From assembly GCA_963716255.1 (NCBI GenBank), contig OY970303.1, positions 5,184,001 to 5,248,000 on the forward strand: a DNA stretch of 64,000 nucleotides, given 5' to 3'. Positions 47,930 to 57,952 of the stretch are shown piece after piece. Both the position numbers and the translations under genes were made by a program. Source of the DNA: an uncultured Gemmatimonadales bacterium (GTDB taxonomy: Bacteria; Gemmatimonadota; Gemmatimonadetes; Longimicrobiales; Longimicrobiaceae). The number at the start of each line of letters is the position of its first letter. Position 1 is the stretch's first letter. The notes beneath the pieces were generated by a model. That model did not search any database. It worked only from the letters and a program-made list of their open reading frames with translations, and was not told where the DNA came from.

Positions 47930-48739
47930 ATGGACGACGTACCGATCACCGCAACCGCCCGGGATCCGGGCATTCCCTCTGGCCTGGAGCGCCTGGCCGC
48001 GGCGCTGGAGCGCGAGATCGTTCCGCGCCTGCTGGTCGCCACCCGCGCCGGCCCCTTCTCGCCCGGCCTGCTGGCCTTCGCCGGCCACACGCTGGACGCC
48101 ACGCGCATCGAGGACCTGCTGCGACTCCTGCGCGGCCCCAGCGAGCACGCGGCCGAGGCGTACCTGCGCGAGCTGCTGGACCGCGGGGTCACCATGGACG
48201 TGGTGTGCATGGACCTCCTCGGCCCTGCCGCGCGCCGGCTGGGGACGCTGTGGGAGGAGGACGAGTGCGACTTCGTGGACGTGACCATCGCCGTGGGACG
48301 CATGCAGCGGGTGCTCCACTCGCTGGGGAGCCTGTTCGCCGGCAGCCCCACCGACTCCATCTCCCCCACGGGCCGCCTGTACCTCACCTGCATCCCCGGC
48401 GAGCAGCACACGCTGGGGATCCTGATGGTCGCCGAGTTCTTCCTCCGCGACGGCTGGGCGGTGGACCTGGGACACCCGCTGGACGCGGCGGATCTGCGCG
48501 CCGCCGTGCGCGAGAACTGGTTCGACGTGGTGGGCTTCTCGCTGGCCTGCGACAGCAGCCTGCCGCGGCTCCGCCGCGAGGTGCGCTCCGTCCGGCAGGC
48601 CTCGCGAAACACCGACGTGAGGGTGATGGTGGGCGGACGGCCGTTCGTGGAGCGCCCCGACCTGGTGCGCCGCACCGGCGCGGACGCCACCGCCGTGGAC
48701 GCCCGCGAAGCGCCCGCAGTGGCCGCGTCGCTGCTGTAG
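47930..48739 (+). CDS. aerR: Cobalamin-binding antirepressor AerR/PpaA
   Basis: ARRLGTLWEEDECDFVDVT, PGEQHTLG B12-binding motif, VMVGG; upstream of ppsR. Confidence 0.9.
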   Translation: MDDVPITATARDPGIPSGLERLAAALEREIVPRLLVATRAGPFSPGLLAFAGHTLDATRIEDLLRLLRGPSEHAAEAYLRELLDRGVTMDVVCMDLLGPAARRLGTLWEEDECDFVDVTIAVGRMQRVLHSLGSLFAGSPTDSISPTGRLYLTCIPGEQHTLGILMVAEFFLRDGWAVDLGHPLDAADLRAAVRENWFDVVGFSLACDSSLPRLRREVRSVRQASRNTDVRVMVGGRPFVERPDLVRRTGADATAVDAREAPAVAASLL

Positions 48740-48851
48740 AACGCCCCCATGCGGACCTCGAAATCGCGCGCCCCTGGGTGTAACGCCTGGTTTACGGTGG
48801 GGAGTGAACCGGAGGTTGACGATGGGGCGCTGCAGGTCTACTTTGACCTGC

Positions 48852-50264
48852 ATGGAAACCATGAAGACCTTTGACGCGCGCGCGGGTGGCCCGGGGGCCG
48901 GGGACGACGGCCGGACCCTTTCCGAGGTGGTCCGGGCGGCTGCCGACGTGGCGCTGCTGGTGGACGAGGGCGGGGTGATCCGCGACCTTCACCTGGGCTC
49001 GGAGCCGCCACTGGAGGAGGCCCGCGAGTGGCTGGGCCGCCCCTGGCTGGACACGGTCACGCCCGAGTCGCGCCGCAAGGTGGAGGAGATGCTCCGCGAG
49101 GCGCGGGAGCGCCCGTCGTCGCGGCGCCGGCAGGTGACGCACGGCTTTCCCAGCGGGGCGGACCTCCCGGTGGCGTACACCGCCGTGCGGATGGGGGACG
49201 GGGGGAGCGTGCTGGCGCTGGGCCGCGACCTGCGCGGCGCCGCCGCGCTGCAGCAGCGCCTGGTGGAGGCGCAGCAAGCCATGGAGCGCGACTACTGGCG
49301 GCTGCGCCACATGGAGACGCGGTACCGCCTCCTCTTCCAGCTCTCCTCCGAGCCGGTGCTGCTGGTGGACGCGGCCACCCGCCGCGTCACCGACGTCAAC
49401 CCTGCGGGCGCGCGGGCGCTGGGCGCCGAGGCGCGCCTGCTGGTGGGCCAGCCGTTCGCCGTGGGCGCCGACGACGCCGAGCGGGCGGCGGCGGGGCGGC
49501 ACCTGGACGGGATCAAGGACCAGGGGCGCGCGGAGCCGGTGCCGGTGCACGGCGCCGACGGCGAGGCGTTCTCCCTGTCCGCCGCGATGGTGAGGCAGGA
49601 CGCGGCCGGTCTTTTCCTGGTCCGCCTGGTGCCGGAGGGCGCGCGCGAGGGCGGCTCCGCGGACGGCGCCTCGTCGCGCAAGGTGAAGGCGCTGCAGGCC
49701 TCGCCGGACGGCTTCGCCGTGATCGACGCGGCCGGGCGGGTGATGGCCGTCAACCGCGCCTTCCTGGAGATGACGGAAGCGGCCTCCGAGGAGCAGGTGC
49801 GCGGGGAGCGGCTGGACCGCTGGATCGGGCGGCCGGGCGCCGACCTGGACATCCTGCTCAGGATGGTCGGGGAGCACGGCGCGGTGCGCCTGTTCTCCAC
49901 CGCGCTGCGGGGGGAGTACGGCTCGGTGGCGGAGGTGGAGGTGTCCGCGGCGCGCGCCGACGGGGAGGAGCCGTACGTGGGAATCTCCTTCCGCGACGTG
50001 GGGCGGCGGCTGGCGCACGGCCCCACCGGTGCCCGCGACCTGACGCGCGCGGTGGAGGACCTCACCAAGCTGGTCGGCAAGGTGTCGCTGCTCGACCTGG
50101 TGCGCGACACCGTGGACCTGGTGGAGCGCCACTTCATCGAGGCGGCGCTGGAGCTCACCGGCGACAACCGCACCCTGGCCGCCGAGGTGCTGCGGGTCAG
50201 CCGCCAGAGCCTCTACGTCAAGCTGCGCCGCTACGGGCACGAGATAAAGGAAGACCGCAGCTAG
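48852..50264 (+). CDS. ppsR: Photosynthesis gene repressor PpsR/CrtJ
   Basis: PAS domains, Q-linker LQQRLVEAQQAMERDY, C-terminal HTH NRTLAAEVLRVSRQSLYVKLRRYG. Confidence 0.95.
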   Translation: METMKTFDARAGGPGAGDDGRTLSEVVRAAADVALLVDEGGVIRDLHLGSEPPLEEAREWLGRPWLDTVTPESRRKVEEMLREARERPSSRRRQVTHGFPSGADLPVAYTAVRMGDGGSVLALGRDLRGAAALQQRLVEAQQAMERDYWRLRHMETRYRLLFQLSSEPVLLVDAATRRVTDVNPAGARALGAEARLLVGQPFAVGADDAERAAAGRHLDGIKDQGRAEPVPVHGADGEAFSLSAAMVRQDAAGLFLVRLVPEGAREGGSADGASSRKVKALQASPDGFAVIDAAGRVMAVNRAFLEMTEAASEEQVRGERLDRWIGRPGADLDILLRMVGEHGAVRLFSTALRGEYGSVAEVEVSAARADGEEPYVGISFRDVGRRLAHGPTGARDLTRAVEDLTKLVGKVSLLDLVRDTVDLVERHFIEAALELTGDNRTLAAEVLRVSRQSLYVKLRRYGHEIKEDRS

Positions 50265-50318
50265 CGTTTTCCCGGCCGGGTGGGCACCCCGCTCACCCGG
50301 CTTCTTGACACCCGCGAA

Positions 50319-50336
50319 TGTAAACTTAGATTGACA
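50319..50336. promoter_or_regulatory. PpsR box upstream of bchG
   Basis: TGTAAACTTAGATTGACA; a TTGACA half-site ends 8 bp upstream. Confidence 0.85.
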
Positions 50337-50339
50337 ATC

Positions 50340-51251
50340 ATGGGTGTCACGATCCTTACACAGTCGAGCCCTCGCCGGCTCCCCCCGCCCTCGGCGGTGC
50401 TGGAGGTGCTGAAGCCGGTGACATGGTTCCCGCCCATGTGGGCGTTCGCCTGCGGAGCGGTGTCGTCCGGGGCGGAGCTGGGGCCGCGGGCGGGGACGCT
50501 GGCGCTGGGGGTGGCGCTCACGGGGCCGCTGGTGTGCGCGGCCAGCCAGGCGGTCAACGACTGGTACGACCGCGAGGTGGACGCCATCAACGAGCCCGGC
50601 CGTCCCATCCCCTCCGGGCGTCTCCCCGGCCGCTGGGGGCTGGGCGTGGCGACGGGCTGGACGGTGCTCTCGCTGGCGGCCGGCGCGGCGCTGGGCGCCT
50701 GGGGCTTCGCGGCGACCGTCGCCGCCCTCCTCCTGGCCTGGGCGTACAGCGCGCCTCCCGCGCGGCTCAAGCGCAACGGCTGGGTGGGAAACGCGGCGGT
50801 CGGCTTCACCTACGAGGGGCTCGCCTGGGCCACCGGCGCGGCGGTCGCGCTCGGCGGGCGGGCCCCCGGCGGAGGGATCCTCCTCTTCGCCACGCTCTAC
50901 TCCCTGGGGGCGCACGGCATCATGACCCTCAACGACTTCAAGTCCATCGCGGGCGACCGCCGCACGGGGATCGGCTCGCTCCCGGCGCGCCTGGGTCCGG
51001 AGGCTGCCTCCCTCGTGGCCTGCGCGGTGATGACGGTGCCGCAGCTCATCGCCGTCGCGCTCCTCGCCTCGTACGGCCGCCCCCTGCACGCCGCCGCCGT
51101 GGGGGCACTGGTGCTCGTGCAGCTGGGGATGATGAGACGCTTCGCCGCGGCGCCCGTGGACCGGGCGCTCTGGTACAGCGCCTTCGGGGTCCCGCTCTTC
51201 GTGGCGGGGATGATGGTGTCCGCCTTCGCGCTCCGGGGGGTGCAGCCATGA
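50340..51251 (+). CDS. bchG: Bacteriochlorophyll synthase
   Basis: LKPVTWFPPMWAF, NDWYDREVDAINEP.RPIPSG, GIMTLNDFKS. Confidence 0.96.
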   Translation: MGVTILTQSSPRRLPPPSAVLEVLKPVTWFPPMWAFACGAVSSGAELGPRAGTLALGVALTGPLVCAASQAVNDWYDREVDAINEPGRPIPSGRLPGRWGLGVATGWTVLSLAAGAALGAWGFAATVAALLLAWAYSAPPARLKRNGWVGNAAVGFTYEGLAWATGAAVALGGRAPGGGILLFATLYSLGAHGIMTLNDFKSIAGDRRTGIGSLPARLGPEAASLVACAVMTVPQLIAVALLASYGRPLHAAAVGALVLVQLGMMRRFAAAPVDRALWYSAFGVPLFVAGMMVSAFALRGVQP

Positions 51252-52573
51252 ACGGGACCACGCTCTCCTGGCCGGGGATCGCCCGGCTGGGGCTGGTGCA
51301 GGCGGCCATCGGCATGGTGGTGGTGCTGATGACCTCCACGCTGAACCGGGTGATGGTGGTGGAGGTGGGGCTCGCGGCCACGGTGCCGGGGCTGCTGGTG
51401 GGGCTCCACTTCGCGGTGCAAGCCCTCCGCCCGCGGATGGGCCACGGCTCGGACGCGAGCGGCCGGCGCACCCCCTGGATCGTGGGCGGGATGCTGCTGC
51501 TGGTCCTCGCCTCCCTGGGCGCCTCGGCCGCGACGGCGCTCCTGGCGACGGACCGCGCCGCCGGGCTGCTCCTCTCGATCGTCGCCTTCGCGCTGATCGG
51601 GGTGGGGATCGCGGCGTCGAGCACTCCCTTCCTGGCGCTGCTGGCCGAGCGGGTGGGGCCGGAGCGGCGCTCGGGCGCCGCGGCGATGACCTGGATCCTG
51701 ATGATCGTGGGGATCATCGCCACGGCCGGGGTGGGCGGGGCGCTGCTGGACCCCTTCTCTTATCCGCGGCTGGTGGCGGTCACCGCCGGGGTCGGCGCTG
51801 CGGCGCTGCTGCTCACCGCGGTGGGGCTTGTCGGGAACGAGCCGACGCGGCGGACCGTCGTCGCGGCGGCGGAAGAGCGCCCGCGGGCGTCCTTCCGCGA
51901 GGCGTTCCGCGAGGTGTGGGGCGAGGACGAGGCGCGCCGCTTCGCGCTGTTCATCTTCGTGTCCATGCTGGCGTACAGCGCCCAGGACCTGATCCTGGAG
52001 CCCTTCGCCGGGGCCGTGTTCGGGCTGACGCCGGGGGAGTCCACGCAGGTGGCGGGGATGCAGCACGGCGGCGTGCTCCTGGGGATGGTCGCAGGCGCCC
52101 TGGGCGCGCGCCGCTTGGGGACGCTGGCCGGGTGGGCGGCGTGGGGGTGCGCGGCTTCCGCTGCGGCCTTCGTCGTCCTGGCGGCCACGGCGTTCGCCGG
52201 GTCCGCCGCCGCGATGCGCGGCGCCGTGTTCGTGCTGGGCGCAGCCAACGGCGCCTTCGCGGTCGGCGCCATCGGCGCGATGATGGGGCTGATGCACGCG
52301 GGCGCCAGGGGCCGCGAGGGGCTGCGGATGGGCTTCTGGGGCGCGGCGCAGGCGCTGGCCTACGGGCTGGGCGGCTTCGCGGGGGCGGCGGGGAGCGACC
52401 TGGCGCGCTGGGCGCTCGGCTCGCCGGCGGCCGGGTACGCCACGGTGTTCGGGGTGGAGGCGGCGCTCTTCCTGGCCGCCGCGGCGATGGCGGTGCGCAC
52501 CGGCGCGCGGGCCCGCGCCGCCGACGTCCACTGGGGGCGCGACGGCGCCGCCGCCCTGGCGGCGGCGAGGTAG
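51248..52573 (+). CDS. pucC: PucC/BCD-family MFS protein
   Basis: RLGLVQ, STLNRVMVVE, GRRTPWI, AYSAQDLILEPFAG, GLRMGFWGAAQA. Confidence 0.85.
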   Translation: MNGTTLSWPGIARLGLVQAAIGMVVVLMTSTLNRVMVVEVGLAATVPGLLVGLHFAVQALRPRMGHGSDASGRRTPWIVGGMLLLVLASLGASAATALLATDRAAGLLLSIVAFALIGVGIAASSTPFLALLAERVGPERRSGAAAMTWILMIVGIIATAGVGGALLDPFSYPRLVAVTAGVGAAALLLTAVGLVGNEPTRRTVVAAAEERPRASFREAFREVWGEDEARRFALFIFVSMLAYSAQDLILEPFAGAVFGLTPGESTQVAGMQHGGVLLGMVAGALGARRLGTLAGWAAWGCAASAAAFVVLAATAFAGSAAAMRGAVFVLGAANGAFAVGAIGAMMGLMHAGARGREGLRMGFWGAAQALAYGLGGFAGAAGSDLARWALGSPAAGYATVFGVEAALFLAAAAMAVRTGARARAADVHWGRDGAAALAAAR

Positions 52574-52576
52574 CCC

Positions 52577-53917
52577 GTGCCCTCCGCCGCCCTGCCGCTG
52601 CCGGTCCTGGCGCCGCCCGCGCTGGCGGAGCCGCGCCCGCGCGACCTCTGCACCGACTGCGGCATTTCGCGCTCGTCGGACCCGGGGCGCTGCGGGCGCG
52701 CCTGCCAGTTCGTGCACCCGCGCCACGCCGAGCTGGAGCGGCGGGCGCACGGCCGCGAGCGCGACCCCGCCCGCGGCGACGAGCTGCACTTCGGGCCGTA
52801 CCTGCGGATGCTGCGCGCCCGCATGCGCAGCCCGCTTCCCGGCGCGCAGTGGACGGGGATCACCACCCGCGTCGCCGAGCGGCTGCTGGAGACCGGGCGG
52901 GTGGACGCGGTGCTCGCCACCGCCTCCGACCCGGAGGACCGCTGGAAGCCGCGTCCGGTGATCGTGACGCAGGCGGCGGGGATGCGGGAGTGCCGAGGGA
53001 TGAAGATGGGCTTCTCGCCGGTGCTGGCGCTGCTGGACGAGGCCGCCGCGCGCGGCCTGCGCCGGCTGGCGGTGGTGGGGGTCGCCTGCCAGGTGCACGC
53101 GCTGCGGGCGCTGGAGGCGGAGCTGGGGCTGGAGTGCCTGTACGTGCTGGGGACGCCGTGCAGCGACAACACCGGCACCGCCAACTTCCACCGCTTCCTG
53201 GCCCTGCTCACCGACCGCCCCGGCGAGGTGACGTACCTGGAGTTCCTGTCCGACTTTCGGGTGGAGCTGCGCTTCGCGGACGGGGAGACCCGGCACATTC
53301 CCTTCCTCCAGCTCCCCATCGCCCAGCTCCCGCCCGACTTCATCCCGCTGACCTGCCGCTCCTGCTTCGACTACGCCAACTCCCTCGCGGACCTGACCGT
53401 GGGCTACATGGCCGCCGGCGGCGACCAGTGGCTTCTGGTCCGCAACGCGCGCGGCGCGGAGCTGCTCGACCTGGTCCGCGGCGAGATCGAGACCCGGCCC
53501 CTGGAGTCGTCCGGCAGCCGCCGCGGCGCCGTCCGCGCCTTCGCCCGCGCCACGGAGCGCGCCGCCGGCGGCCTCCCCCTGCGCCGCGCGCCGGGCTTCC
53601 TGCGCCCGCTGATCGGCTGGGCGATGAGGCGCTTCGGGCCGAAGGGGCTGGAGTTCGCGCGGACGCGGGTGGAGATGAAGCACGTGGAGGGGATCCTCAC
53701 CCTGCGCCGCTTTCGCCCCCGCCGCCTGCTGCGGGTGGTGCCCCCGTTCGCCTGGGCGGTGGCGGCGGAGTACGGGATCGTGCCCGGGGCGGGGGAGGCG
53801 GACGGGGCCCCCATCCCCCCGGCCCCCTCCCCCGCGAGGGGGGACGAGGAGAAAGACATGACGGAGCCGGGGTGGCTCTCGGGCCGCCAGGTGGGGTCCC
53901 CGAGAACGCCTGCGTAG
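52577..53917 (+). CDS. bciB: FrhB-family protein, probable ferredoxin-dependent 8-vinyl reductase
   Basis: LCTDCG..CGRACQF, GAQWTGI, CQV, GTPCSDN, CRSCFDYAN..ADL.VGYM. Confidence 0.85.
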   Translation: MPSAALPLPVLAPPALAEPRPRDLCTDCGISRSSDPGRCGRACQFVHPRHAELERRAHGRERDPARGDELHFGPYLRMLRARMRSPLPGAQWTGITTRVAERLLETGRVDAVLATASDPEDRWKPRPVIVTQAAGMRECRGMKMGFSPVLALLDEAAARGLRRLAVVGVACQVHALRALEAELGLECLYVLGTPCSDNTGTANFHRFLALLTDRPGEVTYLEFLSDFRVELRFADGETRHIPFLQLPIAQLPPDFIPLTCRSCFDYANSLADLTVGYMAAGGDQWLLVRNARGAELLDLVRGEIETRPLESSGSRRGAVRAFARATERAAGGLPLRRAPGFLRPLIGWAMRRFGPKGLEFARTRVEMKHVEGILTLRRFRPRRLLRVVPPFAWAVAAEYGIVPGAGEADGAPIPPAPSPARGDEEKDMTEPGWLSGRQVGSPRTPA

Positions 53918-53935
53918 TCTGCCGCCTCCCTCCGC

Positions 53936-53972
53936 GCGAAGCCCGACCCCGACGACGGCCGGGGGCACGCCC
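53936..53972 (+). repeat. Partial copy of the structured intergenic repeat
   Basis: CGAAGCCCGACCCCG..GCCGGGGGCACGCCC. Confidence 0.75.
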
Positions 53973-54031
53973 AAGACCGCAGTTCCCAGCAGTTCCAGGC
54001 CGTTCAAAAGCCAGAACGGAGGCACCCGAAG

Positions 54032-55222
54032 ATGCGCCAGACGTTCGATGTGGTGGTGGTGGGCGGAGGGCCGGCGGGAGCGACCGCGGCCCACGAGCTG
54101 GCGCGCGCCGGACGCTCCGTCCTGCTGCTGGACCGCGACGGGCGCATCAAGCCCTGCGGGGGCGCCGTGCCGCCGCAGCTGCTGGAGGACTTCGACGTGC
54201 CGGAATCGCTGCTGGTGAACCGGGTGGACACGGCGCGCATCGTTTCGCCGCGGGGGAGGACGGTGGACATCCCGGTGGGGAGCGGCTTCGTGGGGATGGT
54301 GGACCGCGACGGGTTCGACGAGTGGCTGCGGGCGCGGGCGGCCGGGGCCGGGGCGGAGCGGGAGGCAGGGGCCTTCGTGCGCCTGGAGCGGGACGCGGAC
54401 GGCACGGCGGTGGTGGTGTACACGCGCGGCCGGTCGCGGAGCGGGGAGGAGGCCCGGGTGCGGGCGCGCATGGTGGTGGGGGCGGACGGGGCCCTCTCGG
54501 CGGTGGCACGCCAGGAGGTGCCGGGCGCGGACCGGGCGCGGCACGTGTTCGCCTACCACGAGGTGGTGCGCTCGCCGGCCGGGGGCGGGGCGGGCTTCGG
54601 GCCGGCGCGCTGCGACGTGTACTACCAGGGGGCGCTCTCGCCGGACTTCTACGCCTGGGTCTTCCCGCACGGCGACACCACCAGCGTGGGCACGGGGAGC
54701 ATGCAAAAGGGGTTCGCGCTGCGCCAGGCGGTGGGCGAGCTGCGGCGGGCCACCGGGCTGGACGCGGTGGAGACGGTGCGCCGCGAGGGGGCGCCCATCC
54801 CGCTTCGCCCGCTGCGGCGCTGGGACAACGGGCGCGACGTGGTGCTGGCGGGGGACGCGGCCGGGGTGGTGGCCCCGGCGTCGGGCGAGGGGATCTTCTA
54901 CGCCATGACCGGCGGGCGGCTGGCGGCGGAAGCCGCGGACGCGGCGCTGAGCACGGGGCGCGGCCGGGAGCTGGGGGCGGCGCGGAGGCGCTTCATGCGG
55001 GCGCACGGGCAGGTGTTCTTCGCGCTGGACGTGATGCAGCGCTTCTGGTACGCCACGGACGGGCGGCGCGAGCGCTTCGTCGCCATCTGCCGCGACCCCG
55101 ACGTGCAGTACCTGACCTTCGAGGGATACCTCCGCAAGCGGCTGGTGCGAGCCCGGCCGCTGGCCCACGCCCGCATCTTCTTCAAGAACGTCGGCCACCT
55201 CACCGGACTGGTGCGCGCATGA
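54032..55222 (+). CDS. bchP: Geranylgeranyl reductase
   Basis: VVGGGPAG, IKPCGGA, SPDFYAWVFPH, LAGDAAGVVAPASGEGI. Confidence 0.96.
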   Translation: MRQTFDVVVVGGGPAGATAAHELARAGRSVLLLDRDGRIKPCGGAVPPQLLEDFDVPESLLVNRVDTARIVSPRGRTVDIPVGSGFVGMVDRDGFDEWLRARAAGAGAEREAGAFVRLERDADGTAVVVYTRGRSRSGEEARVRARMVVGADGALSAVARQEVPGADRARHVFAYHEVVRSPAGGGAGFGPARCDVYYQGALSPDFYAWVFPHGDTTSVGTGSMQKGFALRQAVGELRRATGLDAVETVRREGAPIPLRPLRRWDNGRDVVLAGDAAGVVAPASGEGIFYAMTGGRLAAEAADAALSTGRGRELGAARRRFMRAHGQVFFALDVMQRFWYATDGRRERFVAICRDPDVQYLTFEGYLRKRLVRARPLAHARIFFKNVGHLTGLVRA

Positions 55223-56118
55223 TGCCCATCACCGAGATGCGGGACGAGCTGCGGCTCATGGAGGCGGTACGCCGCCGCCGGGGCGGGGAGCGGGTGGCCG
55301 CCTTCGCCGAGCGCTGGCTCCCCCGCCTGGAGGCGGAGCTGGAGCGCGCCACGGCCGGGCTGGGCGACGAGCTGGGCGGCCTGCAGGCGGCGGTGGACCG
55401 GGCGGTGGGGACCCGCGGCACCGGAGGGCGGCGCTGGCGTCCGCTGCTGGTGCTCGCGGCGGCGGGCGCCTGCGGCGGCGACCCGGCGGAGGCGGCGGGC
55501 GCCGCCGCCGCGGCCGAGCTGACGCACGCGGCCTCGCTGGCGCTGGACGACCTCCCCTGCATGGACGACGACGCCACGCGCCGCGGCCTCCCCAGCACCC
55601 ACCGGCTGGTGGGCTCGGCGGGGGCGATCCTGGTGGCGGTGGGGCTGCTGGGGCGCTCGGCGGAGCTGCTGGCGGCGGCGCCGCGCGGCGCCGCCGGCCT
55701 GTGCGCGGAGTGGGGGCGCTGCTTCGGGCTGCGGGGGATGTCCGGCGGTCAGGCGGCGGACCTGGCGGGGCTGCGGCGGGGGGCGGCGCGGCGGCTCCTG
55801 CGCGAGAAGACGACGGCGCTCTCGGGCTTCGCGCCGGCGGCGGGGGCGCGCATCGCCGGGGCGGACGCGGAGACGCGGGCGTCGCTGGCGGCCTTCGGGC
55901 GGGGGGTGGGGTGGGCGTACCAGCTCGCCGACGACGCCGAGGACGCGCGCGCGGACGCCGCCGCGGGGCGGGCGGCGGCCGGACGGGCGCCGCTGCGCCA
56001 GGCCGCGCGGCTGATGCGCCTGTCGGAGGCGCGGCTGCGCGGTGCGCCGGGGCTGGCGCCGGAGGGGACGGAGCTGCTGGCGTCGCTGGCGCGCGCGGTC
56101 GTCCCCGCGGCGGGGTAG
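55219..56118 (+). CDS. crtE: Polyprenyl (probably geranylgeranyl) diphosphate synthase
   Basis: GRRWRP, LDDLPCMDDDATRRG first Asp-rich motif, GQAADL, EKT, YQLADD; divergent and short C-terminus. Confidence 0.75.
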   Translation: MMPITEMRDELRLMEAVRRRRGGERVAAFAERWLPRLEAELERATAGLGDELGGLQAAVDRAVGTRGTGGRRWRPLLVLAAAGACGGDPAEAAGAAAAAELTHAASLALDDLPCMDDDATRRGLPSTHRLVGSAGAILVAVGLLGRSAELLAAAPRGAAGLCAEWGRCFGLRGMSGGQAADLAGLRRGAARRLLREKTTALSGFAPAAGARIAGADAETRASLAAFGRGVGWAYQLADDAEDARADAAAGRAAAGRAPLRQAARLMRLSEARLRGAPGLAPEGTELLASLARAVVPAAG

Positions 56119-56123
56119 CCGCC

Positions 56124-56609
56124 ATGCTCCCCGACGCGCCGCTCCTGTTCGCGACCGCCTGGACCCTCGCCGTGCTCGGCGCCGGCGGGATGGTGACCCG
56201 CCCCGACGGGAGCTGGTACCGGCTGCTCCACAAGCCCGCGTGGCAGCCCCCGGACCGGGCCTTCGCCCCCGCCTGGACGCTGATCTTCGTGTGCGCGTCT
56301 GCGGCGCTCGTGGCCGCGTGGCGCGGGGCGGGGAGCGGGGCGGAGCAGGCGGCGCTCGCCGCCGTGTACGTGGTCAACGGCGGACTCAACTTCCTGTGGA
56401 GCCTGCTGTTCTTCGGGCGGAAGCGGCCGGACGCCGCGCTGGTGGAGATCTTCCCGCTCTGGCTGTCGGTGGCGGCGATGATGCTGGTCGTCGCCCGCAC
56501 CGCTCCCGGCTGGTCGCTGCTGCTGGTACCGTACCTCGCCTGGGTGACCTTCGCGGCGATCCTGAACCGCGCGATCGTCCGGCTCAACCGCCCCCTCTCC
56601 GAGCGCTGA
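56124..56609 (+). CDS. tspO: TspO/CrtK tryptophan-rich sensory protein (copy 2)
   Basis: WYRLLHKPAWQPP..FAPAWTLIF, NFLWSLLFF, PYLAWVTFAAILN. Confidence 0.9.
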   Translation: MLPDAPLLFATAWTLAVLGAGGMVTRPDGSWYRLLHKPAWQPPDRAFAPAWTLIFVCASAALVAAWRGAGSGAEQAALAAVYVVNGGLNFLWSLLFFGRKRPDAALVEIFPLWLSVAAMMLVVARTAPGWSLLLVPYLAWVTFAAILNRAIVRLNRPLSER

Positions 56610-56611
56610 GC

Positions 56612-57880
56612 ATGCCCATCTCCCTCGTGCTGGACTTCCACGCGGCGGACCTGCGGACCCGGGAGCGTCTCCACCCCGGCGGCGACCACCCGGCGCGCAT
56701 CTACGCCGCGCCGCCGGCCGGCCCGGTGAGCGAGCTGGTGCTGCTGACCACCTGCAACCGGGTGGAGCTGTACGGCGCGGGGGACGCCTGCACCCCGGTG
56801 GCCGCGCGGGGCGCCGCCGCCGACCTGGCTGCGCGCTGGGCGGGCGACAACGCCCGCGCGGCCGAGCTGCTTCGGCTGGGGACGGTGCGCTCCGGACCGG
56901 AGGCCGTGCGCCACCTTCTGCGGGTGGCCGCCGGCCTGGAGTCGCAGGTGCTGGGGGACGCGCAGGTGCTGGGGCAGGTGCGCCGCTCCTACCGCGCCGC
57001 CGCCGCCGCGGGCGCGGCCGGCCCCGTGCTCCACCGCCTGTTCGAGACCGCGCTGCGCACCGGCAAGCGCGTCGCCGCCGAGACCTCGCTGACGGCCGCG
57101 CGCAGCACCGTGGGGGCCGAGGCCGCGACGCTGGCCGCGCGCCGCCTGGGCGGGCTCGCCGGCAAGCGGGTGGTGATGGTGGGCTGCGGCAAGACGGGGG
57201 AGCAGGCGGCCCGGCGCCTGGCCAAGCTGGAGGCGGGTGAAGTGGTGCTGGTGAACCGCACCCCCGGCCGCGCCGGAGAGCTGGCCCGCGAGATCGGCGG
57301 CCGGGCCGCGCCCTGGAGCGACCTCCACGCCGAGGCCGCCCGCGCCGACGCGGCGCTGGTCGCCACCGCCGCCGGCGGCGCCGTCCTGCTGGCCGGCCCG
57401 CTCGCCGCGCTGCGCGCCGCGGACGCGCCGCCGCTGCTTCTGCTGGACCTGTCCATGCCGCGCAACGTGGAGCCGGAGGCAGGCACCCTCCCCGGGGTCG
57501 CCCTGCTGGACCTGGACGCGCTCCGCCTCCCCCTGGCCGCGGCGGAGCACGCCCGCCACGGCGCCGTCCCCGCCGCGGAGGCCGTGGTGGAGGAGGAGCT
57601 CGCCCGCTTCCTGGGGTGGCGCAGCGAGGCCGCCGCCCGCGACGCGGTGGAGCCGCTGCGCGCCGCGCTGGAGGAGATCTGCCGGCGCGAGCTGTCCTAC
57701 GCTGCGGGCCCGGACGCGGCCGGCCGCGCCGCCGAGCGCATCGTCGCCAAGGTGCTCGCCCGCCCCATGTCCGCCCTGCGCACGGCCGCGGGGCGCGGCG
57801 ACCCGCTGGACGCCGCCGCGGGCGTGCTGCGCGGCCTGTTCGGGACGGGAGACGGAAGTGCGAAGGTACGAAGTGCATGA
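56612..57880 (+). CDS. hemA: Glutamyl-tRNA reductase
   Basis: TCNRVELY catalytic Cys, VAAGLESQVLGDAQVLGQV, NADPH fold GCGKTG, DLSMPRNVE. Confidence 0.9.
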   Translation: MPISLVLDFHAADLRTRERLHPGGDHPARIYAAPPAGPVSELVLLTTCNRVELYGAGDACTPVAARGAAADLAARWAGDNARAAELLRLGTVRSGPEAVRHLLRVAAGLESQVLGDAQVLGQVRRSYRAAAAAGAAGPVLHRLFETALRTGKRVAAETSLTAARSTVGAEAATLAARRLGGLAGKRVVMVGCGKTGEQAARRLAKLEAGEVVLVNRTPGRAGELAREIGGRAAPWSDLHAEAARADAALVATAAGGAVLLAGPLAALRAADAPPLLLLDLSMPRNVEPEAGTLPGVALLDLDALRLPLAAAEHARHGAVPAAEAVVEEELARFLGWRSEAAARDAVEPLRAALEEICRRELSYAAGPDAAGRAAERIVAKVLARPMSALRTAAGRGDPLDAAAGVLRGLFGTGDGSAKVRSA

Positions 57881-57952
57881 GTGCGAAGGTGATGGGCAGT
57901 ATGGTGATGTGCAGTGTGAAGTACGCGACGGCCGATTGCCTCTCGTGCCGGA

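Noticed and set aside
52577..53917. F420 hydrogenase or methanogen-type metabolism
   Set aside because: Lone FrhB-family gene in a bch operon; BciB is the simpler explanation
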